A DNA stretch of 58,045 nt, counting the filler, from Jimgerdemannia flammicorona (Eukaryota): the NCBI GenBank assembly GCA_003990765.1. It is 3 parts of 3 records of this genome, joined end to end, with 100 filler letters (N's around TTAATTAATTAA, not from the genome) between each part and the next. Parts side by side here need not be neighbours in the genome. Positions count along the whole stretch, not along the records: positions 38,767 to 58,045 come from RBNJ01001986.1; 2 more parts are not named here. One strand, written 5' to 3'. A model generated the notes under the pieces. The model was not told where the DNA came from. It searched no databases and saw only the letters and a program-made list of their open reading frames with translations. This document shows positions 38,767-50,287 of this stretch, piece by piece. Each line of letters begins with the position of its first letter. Position 1 is the stretch's first letter. A program made the position numbers and the translations under genes.

Positions 38767-39005
38767 TTTTGGAATACTGGATCTCTCATACCCTCTGCAT
38801 GAGTGGCACCCACTCCCAGCCCCTCAGCTCACTCACCCTCCTCAACCACCAAGCTCTCAAATAATGAAACTGCTTAATAAAGTCAACTAAACCCAGCCCA
38901 CCTCTTTCCATGGGCAGTGTAAGTACCTCCCAACCCATCTGACTTCGCCACCCTTTCCAAATCCATGATCTCACCATCTTCAACAGCCCTCTGATCACCC
39001 AAGTC
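38767..39005 (-). mobile_element. LINE ORF2 fragment
   Basis: WEVLTLPMERGGLGLVDF...LRAWWL, the post-RT region of Tx1/L1 elements. Confidence 0.8.
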
Positions 39006-39009
39006 AGGT

Positions 39010-41682
39010 TACTATAAGAAGTTTAAATTCTACTCTATTACTGAAGGTACCAGAACCCACTCTAAGCCCAATAACAAGAAGAGCAACAGTAAGCCAGTTG
39101 GAAGACCAAAGAAGACCCTAGCTGTCACTATTTAAAGCAAAACCCAATCTGAGAAGATTGATCAAGACATAGAGTTAGATGAAGCTGCCTGCTAAATTAT
39201 TGAAGACACCACTCTAGTCTTAGAAGAAAGTGAAAGTAAGAAAGAATAAAAGTTACATAAGACCAAGATCTACTAGTATGATATCTACAAAGACCTTAAG
39301 AAATAGAAGGTCAATGCTACTTTTGGACAACTAGCTGAAGTCTCTGCCTTTAGATAGTAGTTGAGAGTAAGACTTGTAATTACCATCAAGAATCAAAAGG
39401 ACAAGATTATAGAAGCTCACAATATATAAGAAGAATCTGAGAACTTAGGTGAAGAATCTAAAGACTAGTGCAAGATCTCAGCCTATATTCTATGTCAGAT
39501 TGAAGATTGTATCTTTGATACTATCATTGATATTGGTACTAGAGAATATCTCATGAGTAAGAAGACAATTAACTACCTAGGCTGGGACATTGAAGAGTCT
39601 ACCAAAATAGTCTATATTATAGCAGATAATATACAAGCTACCCTACTAGACAAGATCTGAGAAGTCTCTATCAAGATTAGAGGAACTATCATCTCAGTAG
39701 ATATAATTGATATAAGTATCACCAACTATGATATTCTCATTGGTAACTAATGGTTTTACAAGGCTAAGACTATCATTAAGCTCAATATCCAGAAGATACA
39801 GATCAACTATAGAGGAAAAAAGGGTATGAGTCTCTATCAATATCCACAAAGGAGTATTATCAGATATGGAGAAAGGAGATGAAGAGGATACAGAAGTCTT
39901 CATATACTAAGTATATAAGAATAAGAACAAGACACCTAAGCTCATAGATGAGCAGTGATATAATAAGATTATTGATAGCTATGTTCCTCAAGGAAGATGC
40001 TCCCATAGTACTAAGATATACTACTCTGAACACTTGAATGACTACTGGTCCTATATCAGTGAAGTTAGAAAAATCTGTCAATAAAGGTATAAGTAAGAGG
40101 CCACTGAAGTAAAAAGAAAAGCCAAAGAAGATGACTAGTCCTCAGAACTTTAAGCTGATAGTAATGATGAGAAGGAATAAGAACTAGACATCACTCTTAA
40201 GATCAAGAAGTTTTATCTTAAAGCTAAGATTCTAGAATATAAGACTGAAGGAGCTATAGGAATAAACCTTGTCAGTATCCAAGATGCTATCCTCAAACCA
40301 CAAACTACTACTCTACTTGATACTGAAATTGGAGTAAAGTTGCCAAAGAACTATGCTAGAATTATCAAGACCAGAAGCAGTCTGGTCAAAAGTGAAATCT
40401 CAGTTGAGGGAGGAGTTATTGATTCTGATTATATTAGTGAGATCTTCCTTATAATTAGGAATTACAACTCTACCATCTCATTTGAAGTCAAGAAGCATGA
40501 TAGAATTGGCCAGATGTTGATCTATGATATCAAGAAGTCTAAGATCACTGAAGCCATTGAACTCATCAAGATTAAGAGAGAAGAACAAGACTTTGGATCT
40601 ACTAGAAGAGAAGTCTATACTACTATTAAGATTACTGAACTCAAGCACAAGAAAGACAAGAACCAAAACAAGTATATATATACTATTAGAGAAAATTTTC
40701 CCCTAAAAGAACAACTTCTTAAGATCCTATATCAGAATGAAAGAGTACTTGTTACAGACTTCAGAGACATCTACAATTAAGAATATAAATACTATCATAA
40801 AGTTGACACTGGTGATACCAAGCCTATCTATCAGAAAGCTAGACCTATACCATCTGCTTATAGAGAATGGCTGCAAGCAGAACTCAAAGAAATAGAAGAA
40901 GCCAGTATTATCAAGCAAGCTATTAGTCCCTGGGCTTCATCTATTGTCCTTGCCTCAAAGAAAAATAGCAAGCCTGGAGAGTTTGCCTCAAGACTCTGTA
41001 TTGATTACAAGAAGCTCAATGTAATCAACAAGAAGAATAGAAAACTCTTGCCAAATATTCAAGAAATCCTTATCACCCTTAGAAATAAAGTCAAATACTA
41101 CACTACCTTAGATCTATTCTCAGGCTTCCATCAGATTGGTCTCACTTAAGATACTAGTGAAAAATCAGTCTTTATTACACCTGATGCTATCTATATCTAT
41201 CTGTGAATGTCATTTGGAATATGCAATATATCAACAAGTTTTCAGCAAATGATGAATAGAGTCTTCAGTAATGAAATTAGAAAATAGCTCTTTATCTATA
41301 TTGATGATATGATCATCTTCAGCAATACTATATGGAAATATATTAATCATATATAGCTAGCTCTTAAGAAGCTCAAGAAGTATGGCCTCTACATCAAGCT
41401 CAAGAAGTACAAGTTTGTAGCTTACAAAATTGCCTATCTAGGGCATATTATTAACCAGACTAGAATTCATATAGATACTATAAAGATTGAGGCTATTGCA
41501 GCTTACCCAAGACCCAGAACAACTATAGAAGTTCATATCTTCCTTGGACTGGCCTCCTACTATAGAAGATTTATCAAAGGATACTTCAATATTGCAGCAC
41601 CTTCTATAAGCTATTGAAGTAGGAGACCAAATTTAAATAGACTAAGGAACATCAAGAAACCTTCAATGAACTCAAGACCAGC
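39010..41682 (+). mobile_element. Ty3/Gypsy family B, older copy, part 1 (gag end-protease-dUTPase-RT)
   Basis: Collinear with the reverse complement of 52285-54960; dUTPase TRSSLVKS..VEGGVIDSDY..HDRIGQ..DFGST at about 40220-40605; RT SPWASSIVL, RLCIDYKKLN and YIDD. Confidence 0.88.
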
Positions 41683-44600
41683 ATCTTTCTCTAGTAATAT
41701 TCAGGTTATACAATCTTCTGACAATACTTACAATATAGTTTTTGGAGAAAAGATACTAGTATCATAGTGACTAATAAATATTCCAAGGTACATACTGAGT
41801 AGGGTAGCCCTGGTGCATTCAACTGGCAGTATGTAGAGAGGGACCCTGGCTTAGAGGGAAGTATGAGGGGCCTGCTGGTGAGAGGACATAGTAGGGGAGG
41901 GGGTAGTACTAGAGGTCAGGAGATAAGGAGAGTGAGCTTTATAGATAAGGTAAAGGGAAGGTCAGCAGAGAGCTGGGCTGGAGAGTTGGCTGAGGGGGGG
42001 CAAAGTAACAATAAAGACTGCAGAGCAGAGGCTTCAAAAAGGAGTCCCTCTGGGGGACCAGAGTAGTGGGGCTGATAGTGTAGTGACTGAGGAGATGACT
42101 ACTAATGAGAGTATAATGGGCAATCTGGAAAAAAATCTAGATGAGACTGCTGATAGTAGACTGAGCTGTGGGAAAGACATGAGGCCTAGTGATCTGATTG
42201 ATGGTATAATGAGACTGGTAGTGGCACTATTACTCAAGAAGTTAATCTCAGAGTTTATAGTTACTCTATACTTCTGGGACTTAGTAGTGATAACAAAAAT
42301 AGTCTTAGGGCTAATTGCAAAGCAGATAGATAGAGTAGTATTGGTAAAGTTCCTGAGGGAGTTAGAAGAGTAAAGGTGGGCTTTAAGAAGACTGAGCTAT
42401 TGAAAGCTGTGCTGAAGACAGATTGGCTATTAGAGAAGTGTGTGTTCTAATAGCATAATATTTGAGGTAGTATCCAAGAGTGGTATAACTTCTGGTAAAA
42501 GGAGTGCTCATAGTGACTACTATGGAGACAAGGAGGCAAGTAGAGAAGATCATAGCTGAGTATGATAAGGTAATTGATATTGACTTCTGAGTCTGGGAAG
42601 AGACCTTATTCAGGATAGAGAATGTTGATGTTTGGCTTCAGCTAGCTAAAAGAGAGGCTACTGGGAAGACTTGTAATTGGCCAATAGTAATAATGTGAGG
42701 GGCCTTCATGTGCAAGATGTCAAAGGTGAAGAAGAGTGAGGAGGAGGAGGAGGAGGAGGAAGATTTGTTAGAGGTATTAAAGAAGATGAGTAGGGCTGTA
42801 GAGTAGAGGACAAAGACTTAGAAAGTATATGTGGAGTTAATGTACCTAGAGATAGTGAATGGGAAATGAGTCTGTATTGACAAAAAGCTGTGAGAGAGGT
42901 CTTAAGGATACAAGAGGTAGAGAGAGCTGTTGGCAAGACTGGAAGAAAGGGTAGAGAAGGATGCTGGTGGAGTTGAGGAGGCTGTGGGCACTAAAGCAAG
43001 TATTTGGATAAATAAGAATAGAGGGGATGTGGAGAAGGGTCTGGATGAGACAGGGAAGATGCTGAGTAATGACCTATATACTAATGGTACTTTCAAAGTC
43101 TGGAAGGATACTCTCTCTCTTATTAGGTACATAGGATCCAGCTATGAGGAGCTGGGTGGTGGAGGATATACCAATGCACAGTGCTCAGCGAGTATACTTT
43201 GGAGTTCCTGAGGTAGCAAAAGAGAGACAGATAGTGGTGGTTGACAAGGATGAACTAGTGGATGTCTCAAAGATAGAGTGAGATGAGATGGTGAGTATAG
43301 GAGCAAATATCTCAATACTGGATACAAGAAGGCTGACAACCCTAGAGAGGAAGAAAGTGGGGAACTTACTATGGGTGTACTGGATGATGAACAACTTTAT
43401 AGTAGAAGAGTTGGGAGAGGTGGACCTGAGAGTGATGAGTGATGAGTATTGGGCATAGATTCTGCATAGTAATAGAGTGGTGGAGACACTAAAGGCAGAG
43501 ATACTTGCAATTTATCTGGAGGAGAAAAGATATGAAGTTGATAAGGAGAGGGAGGCTGAGCTGGCAGTTGTTGCTGGTGAGAAGGCTGCCTTTTGTTGGG
43601 CAGAGTATTATAGATTGTAGCTCTGGCAGAAGATCTACCTGGAGTATTAAGAGGACTTTGAGAAGAAGGAGAATGATGAGATAGCTGAACTTCTGGTTGG
43701 ATTGGAGACTAAGATAGCTGAGGAGGAGGGTCTGATCATGGAATATAACTTAGACTTGGCACAAGAGAGAATTAATGTAGATTTGTAAAGGAAGAGTATG
43801 ATACTTAATATTATCTATTATGAATAGTATAATAAATATTTTTTCTATGAATATGAATGGATTGTGGGGATCAGTATAAAGATAAAATATTTTTACTTGG
43901 ATGAAGAAATTGGAGGCTAATCTCTTTCTGTTGCAGGATATCAGATGTGAAGATGACTTGGATAGAATAGAGTAGACAAGGAAATAGAGAGGTATGGTAG
44001 TATAGAAGGACAAGATTGGAATCTTGGTTCAGAGAGGCAAAGGGGAGATATAGAATATAAAGGGCTGAGGGGACCAGTTGGTGTAGAGAGAGTGGTGTCA
44101 ACCTGGTTGAGAGCCAGTTACTGTGGATTCATACTACTGCTCTACTGTGTGGGGTAAGTAGGTAGAGTGGGTAGAGAGTCTTAGAGAAAATGGGGTCCTT
44201 ATAGAGGCTGGAGTGGACATTCTCAGAGAGGACTTTAACATGGTCCAGGATGTATGGATAGATAGAACTGATGAAGGGAGGGGTGCTGAGGGTAGGAGCA
44301 GGGGCCTAGTGATATAGGAGAATGTAGAAAAGCTGGGTTCTCTGGTAGATGCTAGAAGGGGATTCTGGGGAGATAGATGAGTGTATACATACTGAATGAA
44401 TGGCCTAGAGATGAGGATTAACTGGGTGCTGACAGCCAATTGTTGGGGGCTGGATATTTAGAAGTCACTAGAGGCAGAGTGGTGTCCATAGTCTGATTAT
44501 TAAGGGTTGTTAGGACAGGGACATTTTGGGGAGAGTGGGGATGGGCCTGGACATTAGTGCCTAAATTCCTCTTTGTTAGCTGAGAAGGTATTGTGGGACA

Positions 44601-45115
44601 AGTAGGTAGAGAATATTTAGCAGAGAGTAGAGAGTTGGGTATAAAAGGGTATCATGATTGGTATTTGGTGGATAAGGTTGAAGGGGGCTGCTAGGGTTTA
44701 TTAGAGAGAGATGGGTGAGGTGGCAGGCAGATAGAGGAGAAGAAGGGTGAACTGGGCTTCTGCTAGATTGGCTAGACTCTTGGAGAATTGGGCTGATTTT
44801 TTGGCTCTGGAGGAGGTGGAGGACTGGTGGTTGAGCTGGGCTAGGATGGAGGTCAATAAGCTATGACAGGTATTGAGAGAAGAGAAGGAGATACAGATAC
44901 AGAGCTTAGTTGCTTGATTATATTGGCAGGGGCTTGAGGAGAGGGAGAGATCATCTAAATACCTTTTAAGAATTCTGTAGACTAGGAGGGTAAGGCAGAG
45001 GTGAGAGGGGATTCTGAATTCAGATGGACTACTAGTGTATAGTATATAGGACATTCTGGGCTCACTCAAGGAGATGTAGAGCAGTTTGTGGAGTAAGGAG
45101 GAGAGTGGGGCAATG
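41683..45115 (+). mobile_element. Tx1/L1-group LINE, 5' half (ORF1, APE; 3' part deleted), nested in Gypsy-B
   Basis: 5' end catctttctctagtaatattcag; ORF1 homologous to 33067-34998; ORF2 ATG at 43820. Confidence 0.88.
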
Positions 45116-45922
45116 GATAGATCTATAGACTGTAAGAGTATAATTGTACTGTCAAATACTACTCAGGAAGAACTAATACCAATACTGATGCACTCTTAAG
45201 AACACCCTGAAATACTCCTACCAAGACTATTTAATATGAATAAGGAGCTATACTATAGATTAATCAGCTATCTTAGATAGTAGAAGATATCCAACCACCT
45301 TGAAATCTGAACTATTACCATTATCAACTAGACTTGAAAACAATTTGAACTAGACAATACTATACTTAGAAAAGAAGGAAAACTTGTAATACCTGAATAC
45401 AAGAAGTATCAAGTAATGAAGGAAGTATATGAACAAGGATACCTAAGAGAAACCAACATATATAATAAGATAAAAAGAACTATATAGTGGTCTAAAATAA
45501 AAGAAGACCTGCACCAATTTGTCAAAGGGTGTGACAAGTACCAAAAACAGAAATAAGATCAGCAAGACTAGGCATCTGGGTCATCAAGAATCAAATCTAT
45601 CCTCTTCCACTACATTGCAATAGATATCATTGGACCACTACCAGTAACTCTATCAGGAAACTATTATATTATAGTTATTATAGACCTTTTTACCAAATGG
45701 ATAGAAGTAGGAGCATTACAAGAAGCCAATGCTCTCTCTATTACTGACTTCCTATATCAAGAAATCATCTGCTATTATAAGATACTAAGGCAAATCACTA
45801 CAGACTATAGTATAGAATTTGTCAACAGATTCTATAAGATAATATATCAGAAATATAAGATTTAGCATATCAAGACTACTATATATTACTCTCAAGAAAA
45901 TGGATAGATAGAAAGAACCAAC
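45116..45922 (+). mobile_element. Ty3/Gypsy family B, older copy, part 2 (RNase H end and integrase N-part)
   Basis: Collinear with the reverse complement of 51162-51968 (VKGCDK, DIIGPLP, DLFTKW). Confidence 0.88.
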
Positions 45923-45926
45923 ATCT

Positions 45927-45930
<4 letters not shown>

Positions 45931-45972
<42 letters not shown>

Positions 45973-47138
45973 GACTCATGTCTTGCAGATTTTTATTAGA
46001 AGGGAACCTAGACTATATAGGCCAAAACCCTCCCCCACCACCTACCAAGCACTGCCCCCCCATTAATCTAGGCTAGTTATTGTCTAACAGCTCGACCATG
46101 CCAGGCGCAGCAGGGCCAATTAGGCCCATACCTCATTCTACACACTATGCTCTCCCTACCACTGGGGGAAACCCAACCATATGCCAATGACTGAAAGCGC
46201 ATGCCTGAGAACCCAATATATGTACAAGGCCATGCCTGAGCCAAATAGAATAGCCCCTGCCACCTCAAAGAGAATGACAGGCAAAGAAAAAATCCTCATC
46301 AAAGCACAACATGGTGGGTAGGGCCTAGTTCTCCCAGTCGAGGTGAGTAAAGGACTTACACGTAAGGCAGGAGGAAACCCCCAATACCCCACTACTCAAG
46401 CCTGTGGGCCTCGATCATGTTGCTGTATCAGCTCCTGGTTCTAGTTGAGTGTAGCCAAGATGCCTGAAATGGGTAGCCTCAGGCCTCCCGACCCCCCCTG
46501 ACAACTGGGGCCCAACCCCACTGACCACCAAAAGAAGCTGATAGTGACACCTACCACCTAACTACACCACACCAATCAAAAGACCCCACCGAAGCAGCAC
46601 CTGCCCCAGCTCCGACGACTGTCCCCAACCTGGCACCCTACTGGTTCACCATTATTGCCCTTCCTCCTATCTGTGATGGCCATCTCCTCTTCCATCCCAA
46701 CAACACCTGAAAAACAGTCCCCTACACCAGAACCACGCTCACCAGGAAGCTTGCCAAAGCCAGAGAGCCCCACCACAGGCACCAAGAACCTGCAGGTAAC
46801 CTACACTGAGCACTTGATGCCCAAGGTCGGCTGACTCCCTATATAGCCTGAGATATACTGAGATAACTCCTTGTTGGCAATGGCAAAAGGAAGAAGGCAC
46901 TGCACTAAAACGGGTATACCCCAGATGCAGCCGAAGGCACCAGAATCCACGAAAAAGTAGAGGAAGCACTGATCTGATACCAATAAAGGAGCAACTCATT
47001 ACCATTGCCCTTCTCCCACCATACCCCTGCAGACACAGCAAACCAACCTGAGGTAGAGAGGGTAATAATAGAGGAAAGGGGACTCAGAAGGTCGCCTACC
47101 AAATCTTGTGACTGGTAAGGTAGTGGAGAAAGGAGCTG
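45931..47138 (-). mobile_element. Complete ~1.2-kb non-autonomous poly(A) retroposon X (SINE-like)
   Basis: Poly(T) of about 40 nt at the left, AATAAA near the 3' end, 16-bp TSD gaaccaacatctctct (45915-45930 and 47139-47154), no RT or other recognisable ORF. Confidence 0.82.
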
Positions 47139-47145
47139 GAACCAA

Positions 47146-48766
47146 CATCTCTCTCTCTAGTAACATTCAGATTACACAACCTTTTGGCATATATAGTGTG
47201 GTATAGAAGGTAGGGGCCTTTGCAGATGATATGGTAGTTGGACTTGGATCAGTGATAGACATAGAGGTACTTAAGAAGACAGTGGAATGGTATGAGGCAT
47301 ACTCTGGGGTGAAACTCAACTGGTATAAGTATGAGACAATGGTTTTGGGGAATAGGCTAGTGGGAGGGGACATTATTGGAACAATTGTCCCCACAGGAGA
47401 GATGGTGTGGTATCTGGACATCTTCCTTTCTATATATAGATCTGTCTTGCCATAAGTGTGGTGGGAGAAGAGGGTGGCCATTTGGGGAGAGGCTCTTAGA
47501 GATTGGGGGGGTCACCATATCTCTCTGGTAGGGCAGATGTTGATTCTGAATGTCTATTGGTTTTCCAAGCAATAGTATGTAGCCTATCACTTAGACTTCC
47601 CAGCTTGGGTGATGAAGAGGCTGATAAAACTGGCTAGAGACTGGATGTGGGCAGAGAGGAGGTCTCAGATCAGTTGGGATACTCTTGCAATACCAGTGGT
47701 TAGGAGAGAACTAGGCCTTGTGGATTTCCCTAAGTGGCTGTACTGCCTGCATGCTTGGTGGTTGAAAAGGACTGTTGAACTGTAGAGAGGAGGTTGGATG
47801 CTGCTGATGCAGAAGGTGTGGGAGATAAGATTCTCTCCTCAGGAGTCCTCAGGAGATTTGCTCTCTCTAGTGGGTCTGAATGGAAGCCAATGGCTATGAT
47901 ATAAGGGCTTCTGGTGGGGGGTAGTAGATAGAGTACACTGGATAGGCCTGTGCTGATAAGGCAATAAGGGAGAGGTGCTGTGGAGCCCAGCTATGTAGCA
48001 ATGGGACAGACTGCTTCTGGGGGGGGGTCTGCTTGCTGAGTTTGATATTGGTAATAGAGTAGAGTGTCAGCAAGAACTTGGCCAGAATCTTTGGCCAAGT
48101 AGTTGGTAGGCAGTAAGGATTGGTGAGGAGTGGGACTGGGTAGGAGTCTGGTCCTGGAGTACTGAGATATAGAGGTGGCTTTCTTCCAAGTTCTGAGTGG
48201 TAAGGTAGTAGATGCTGTTATAGAATATTATGTTAAATTTCTGTGCTGGGCATCTGGTAGATAGTGGTCGATTAGATTGTGAGGAGTATTATAATGTAGA
48301 GTAAGTTGGGAGATTTGTGCAAATACCAGAACATTGGCTGGGAGAGTGTGAGGTTCTGGGGGACTTTTGGATAGCAATAGGGGACCAGCTAGGTGTGGAG
48401 AGGAGGCCAGATAGAGAGAGAGGTTGCTGGGAGGATTTGAAATCTCAACTAGTGGGAGGTGTTGGCAATGAGGGCTCACTGTAGGGTGGGCTTTAGTGGT
48501 GTAGGTAGGGTTGATGGGATATTGGCTCTTTGTTTTTGAGAAAGGGCAACAGATGGGTATATAAGAGAAGTTGTTAAGATAGGAGTGATTGTTGGGAGAT
48601 CTGCTGATTGGATGGTGGGTTGGTTGGGGTCCCCAGAGTGGGTGACATTACCATCTAGTAGAAGAGATCTGTGAAAAGAGTGGTGGGCAGGTGGAGATAG
48701 TGTTTGACAAAGTGATCTTTCATCAAGAGGGGGTGGGGAGAGAGGGAGGGGCCCTAGGAGAATCAG
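47146..48766 (+). mobile_element. Internally deleted Tx1/L1-group LINE
   Basis: LINE 5' terminus (catctctctctctagtaacattcagattacac) joined at about 47185 directly to the RT AFADD region, then collinear with 37105-38666. Confidence 0.8.
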
Positions 48767-50287
48767 TGTCACGTAGTAGTCACTGAGTCCTTCAAATATG
48801 CCAGATTCTCTTCAAGGTATATCTCTTAGACTAACTCAAGTTTGTTATAAGTAAGTTCTTATTAGAGTGCCTTCCCAAGGTCTTATAGTTCTCAAACTTC
48901 TTATCTTTAACTGTCTTGTTATCTCTTAGATTGCTTGTAAGGAAGTGTATATAAATAAAACCAGAACTGACTTTATTTTAAAGGAAATAAGAGGAGTATT
49001 TATACAAAATATAATTTAATGATTGCTAAGATATAAAGCTAAATATAAATTCCAATAACTAAAACTACTAAGTTCCAGGGTTGGTACTGATGGTTATACA
49101 GGTTCAGGATACTGACATTATTTAGTATCACATTAAAATGCCAGTACTGGAACAATTTCACATCACCTCAGAATACCAGTGCTGGCATTATCCAGTGTAA
49201 CAAAGAACTTAGAGCAGAAAGTTCAGAACCATGGGGGCTTCATCCTCATCATCATCATCACTGAAGGAGATGAGATCTACGAATTTGTTGTTTTCATGTA
49301 TTTTATCATGCATCTCACATATGTCAATGTCACGTGGGATGACATCATCACTGATGATGTCATCATGTTCAGCTGTAGTGGGGAAATCAGGAACAAGGAG
49401 ATCTGGAGCTCTCTAGTCTATGAAGTTCTCTTCCACAAAATAGAAAACAAATGTGGGGTCTTAGGGAGGTCTAACCTGGATGCTTGGGCCTTGGAATACT
49501 GAGATCAATCCTTGCAGGAATTGGTCTGGGTTGTCCTGAAGGATAGGGTGCCAGAAGTCTTCTACTTCTTCACTATTGAGAGTGATAGTAGACTGGGCTT
49601 CTATAGCCACTCTGGCTTCTAGTACATTGATATGATAGGATAACAGATCTCTGAAGTCTGAGACTCTAACATACTCTAAGTTGGGGATTGACCATGGTGT
49701 ATGCCTGAAGATCTGATAGATCTTTTTAGCTGTCCTTGTTTCATATATATCTATGGGAGTGGCATCTTATAGCTCTTGAGTGCTGGTCTGTGGGAACTCC
49801 CAGTAGAGGAGGTTTCCTATTTCATACTCCTGCCATATTTGGAGGCATTCGGTAGCAATGGTGATCCTTGTTTCCATTTTGCAATAGTAGAGAATAAAGT
49901 GATAAGGGTCTGCAGTATCCAGGTTGACACTAGGAGTCCTTCTTGAGTGGGTCCCCATGGCTCTTCTGATATCTTGGAATATCCTTTTCTCGACTGAGAT
50001 ATCTTGGTAATTCCTTAACCTTGAGGTTTGGCAGGCAGCAGGCATTTTGTTTGTAGTAAGTCTTTGAGCTATTTTGGGATTGGTGGTTCTTGTTGGTTAC
50101 TGTTACTGCAGTTTCTTAATCCTTCTTTTATATTCTTCAGGATGTTTGTACTGTGGTCACAATGACTCACAGTTGGTCATCATTGCTCATCTCGTATGCC
50201 ATAAGATCTTCTTGTGCTCCAATCTGGTGGCTTGTAAAGAAAGGCTGTCTCTTGTACTGATGTCATCATTCTGGGGTCACTGTTACA
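48767..50287 (-). repeat. 3' LTR of Gypsy-B (about 1.52 kb)
   Basis: TGTAACA start directly after the PPT and TGACA end; 48767-49690 is a direct repeat of 55981-56903. Confidence 0.8.
49209..50045 (-). pseudogene. LTR-encoded ORF of Gypsy-B (279 codons, acidic tail)
   Basis: One frame from MPAACQTSRL to ...SDDDDEDEAPMVLNFLL* with three internal stops, two of which are sense codons (CAA, TGG) in the 5' LTR copy. Confidence 0.7.

Noticed and set aside
49179..49502. Hydrophobic plus-strand 107-aa ORF repeated at 56393-56716
   Set aside because: Antisense shadow of the Asp/Glu-rich tail of the LTR-encoded minus-strand ORF; it is repeated only because it lies in the LTR.
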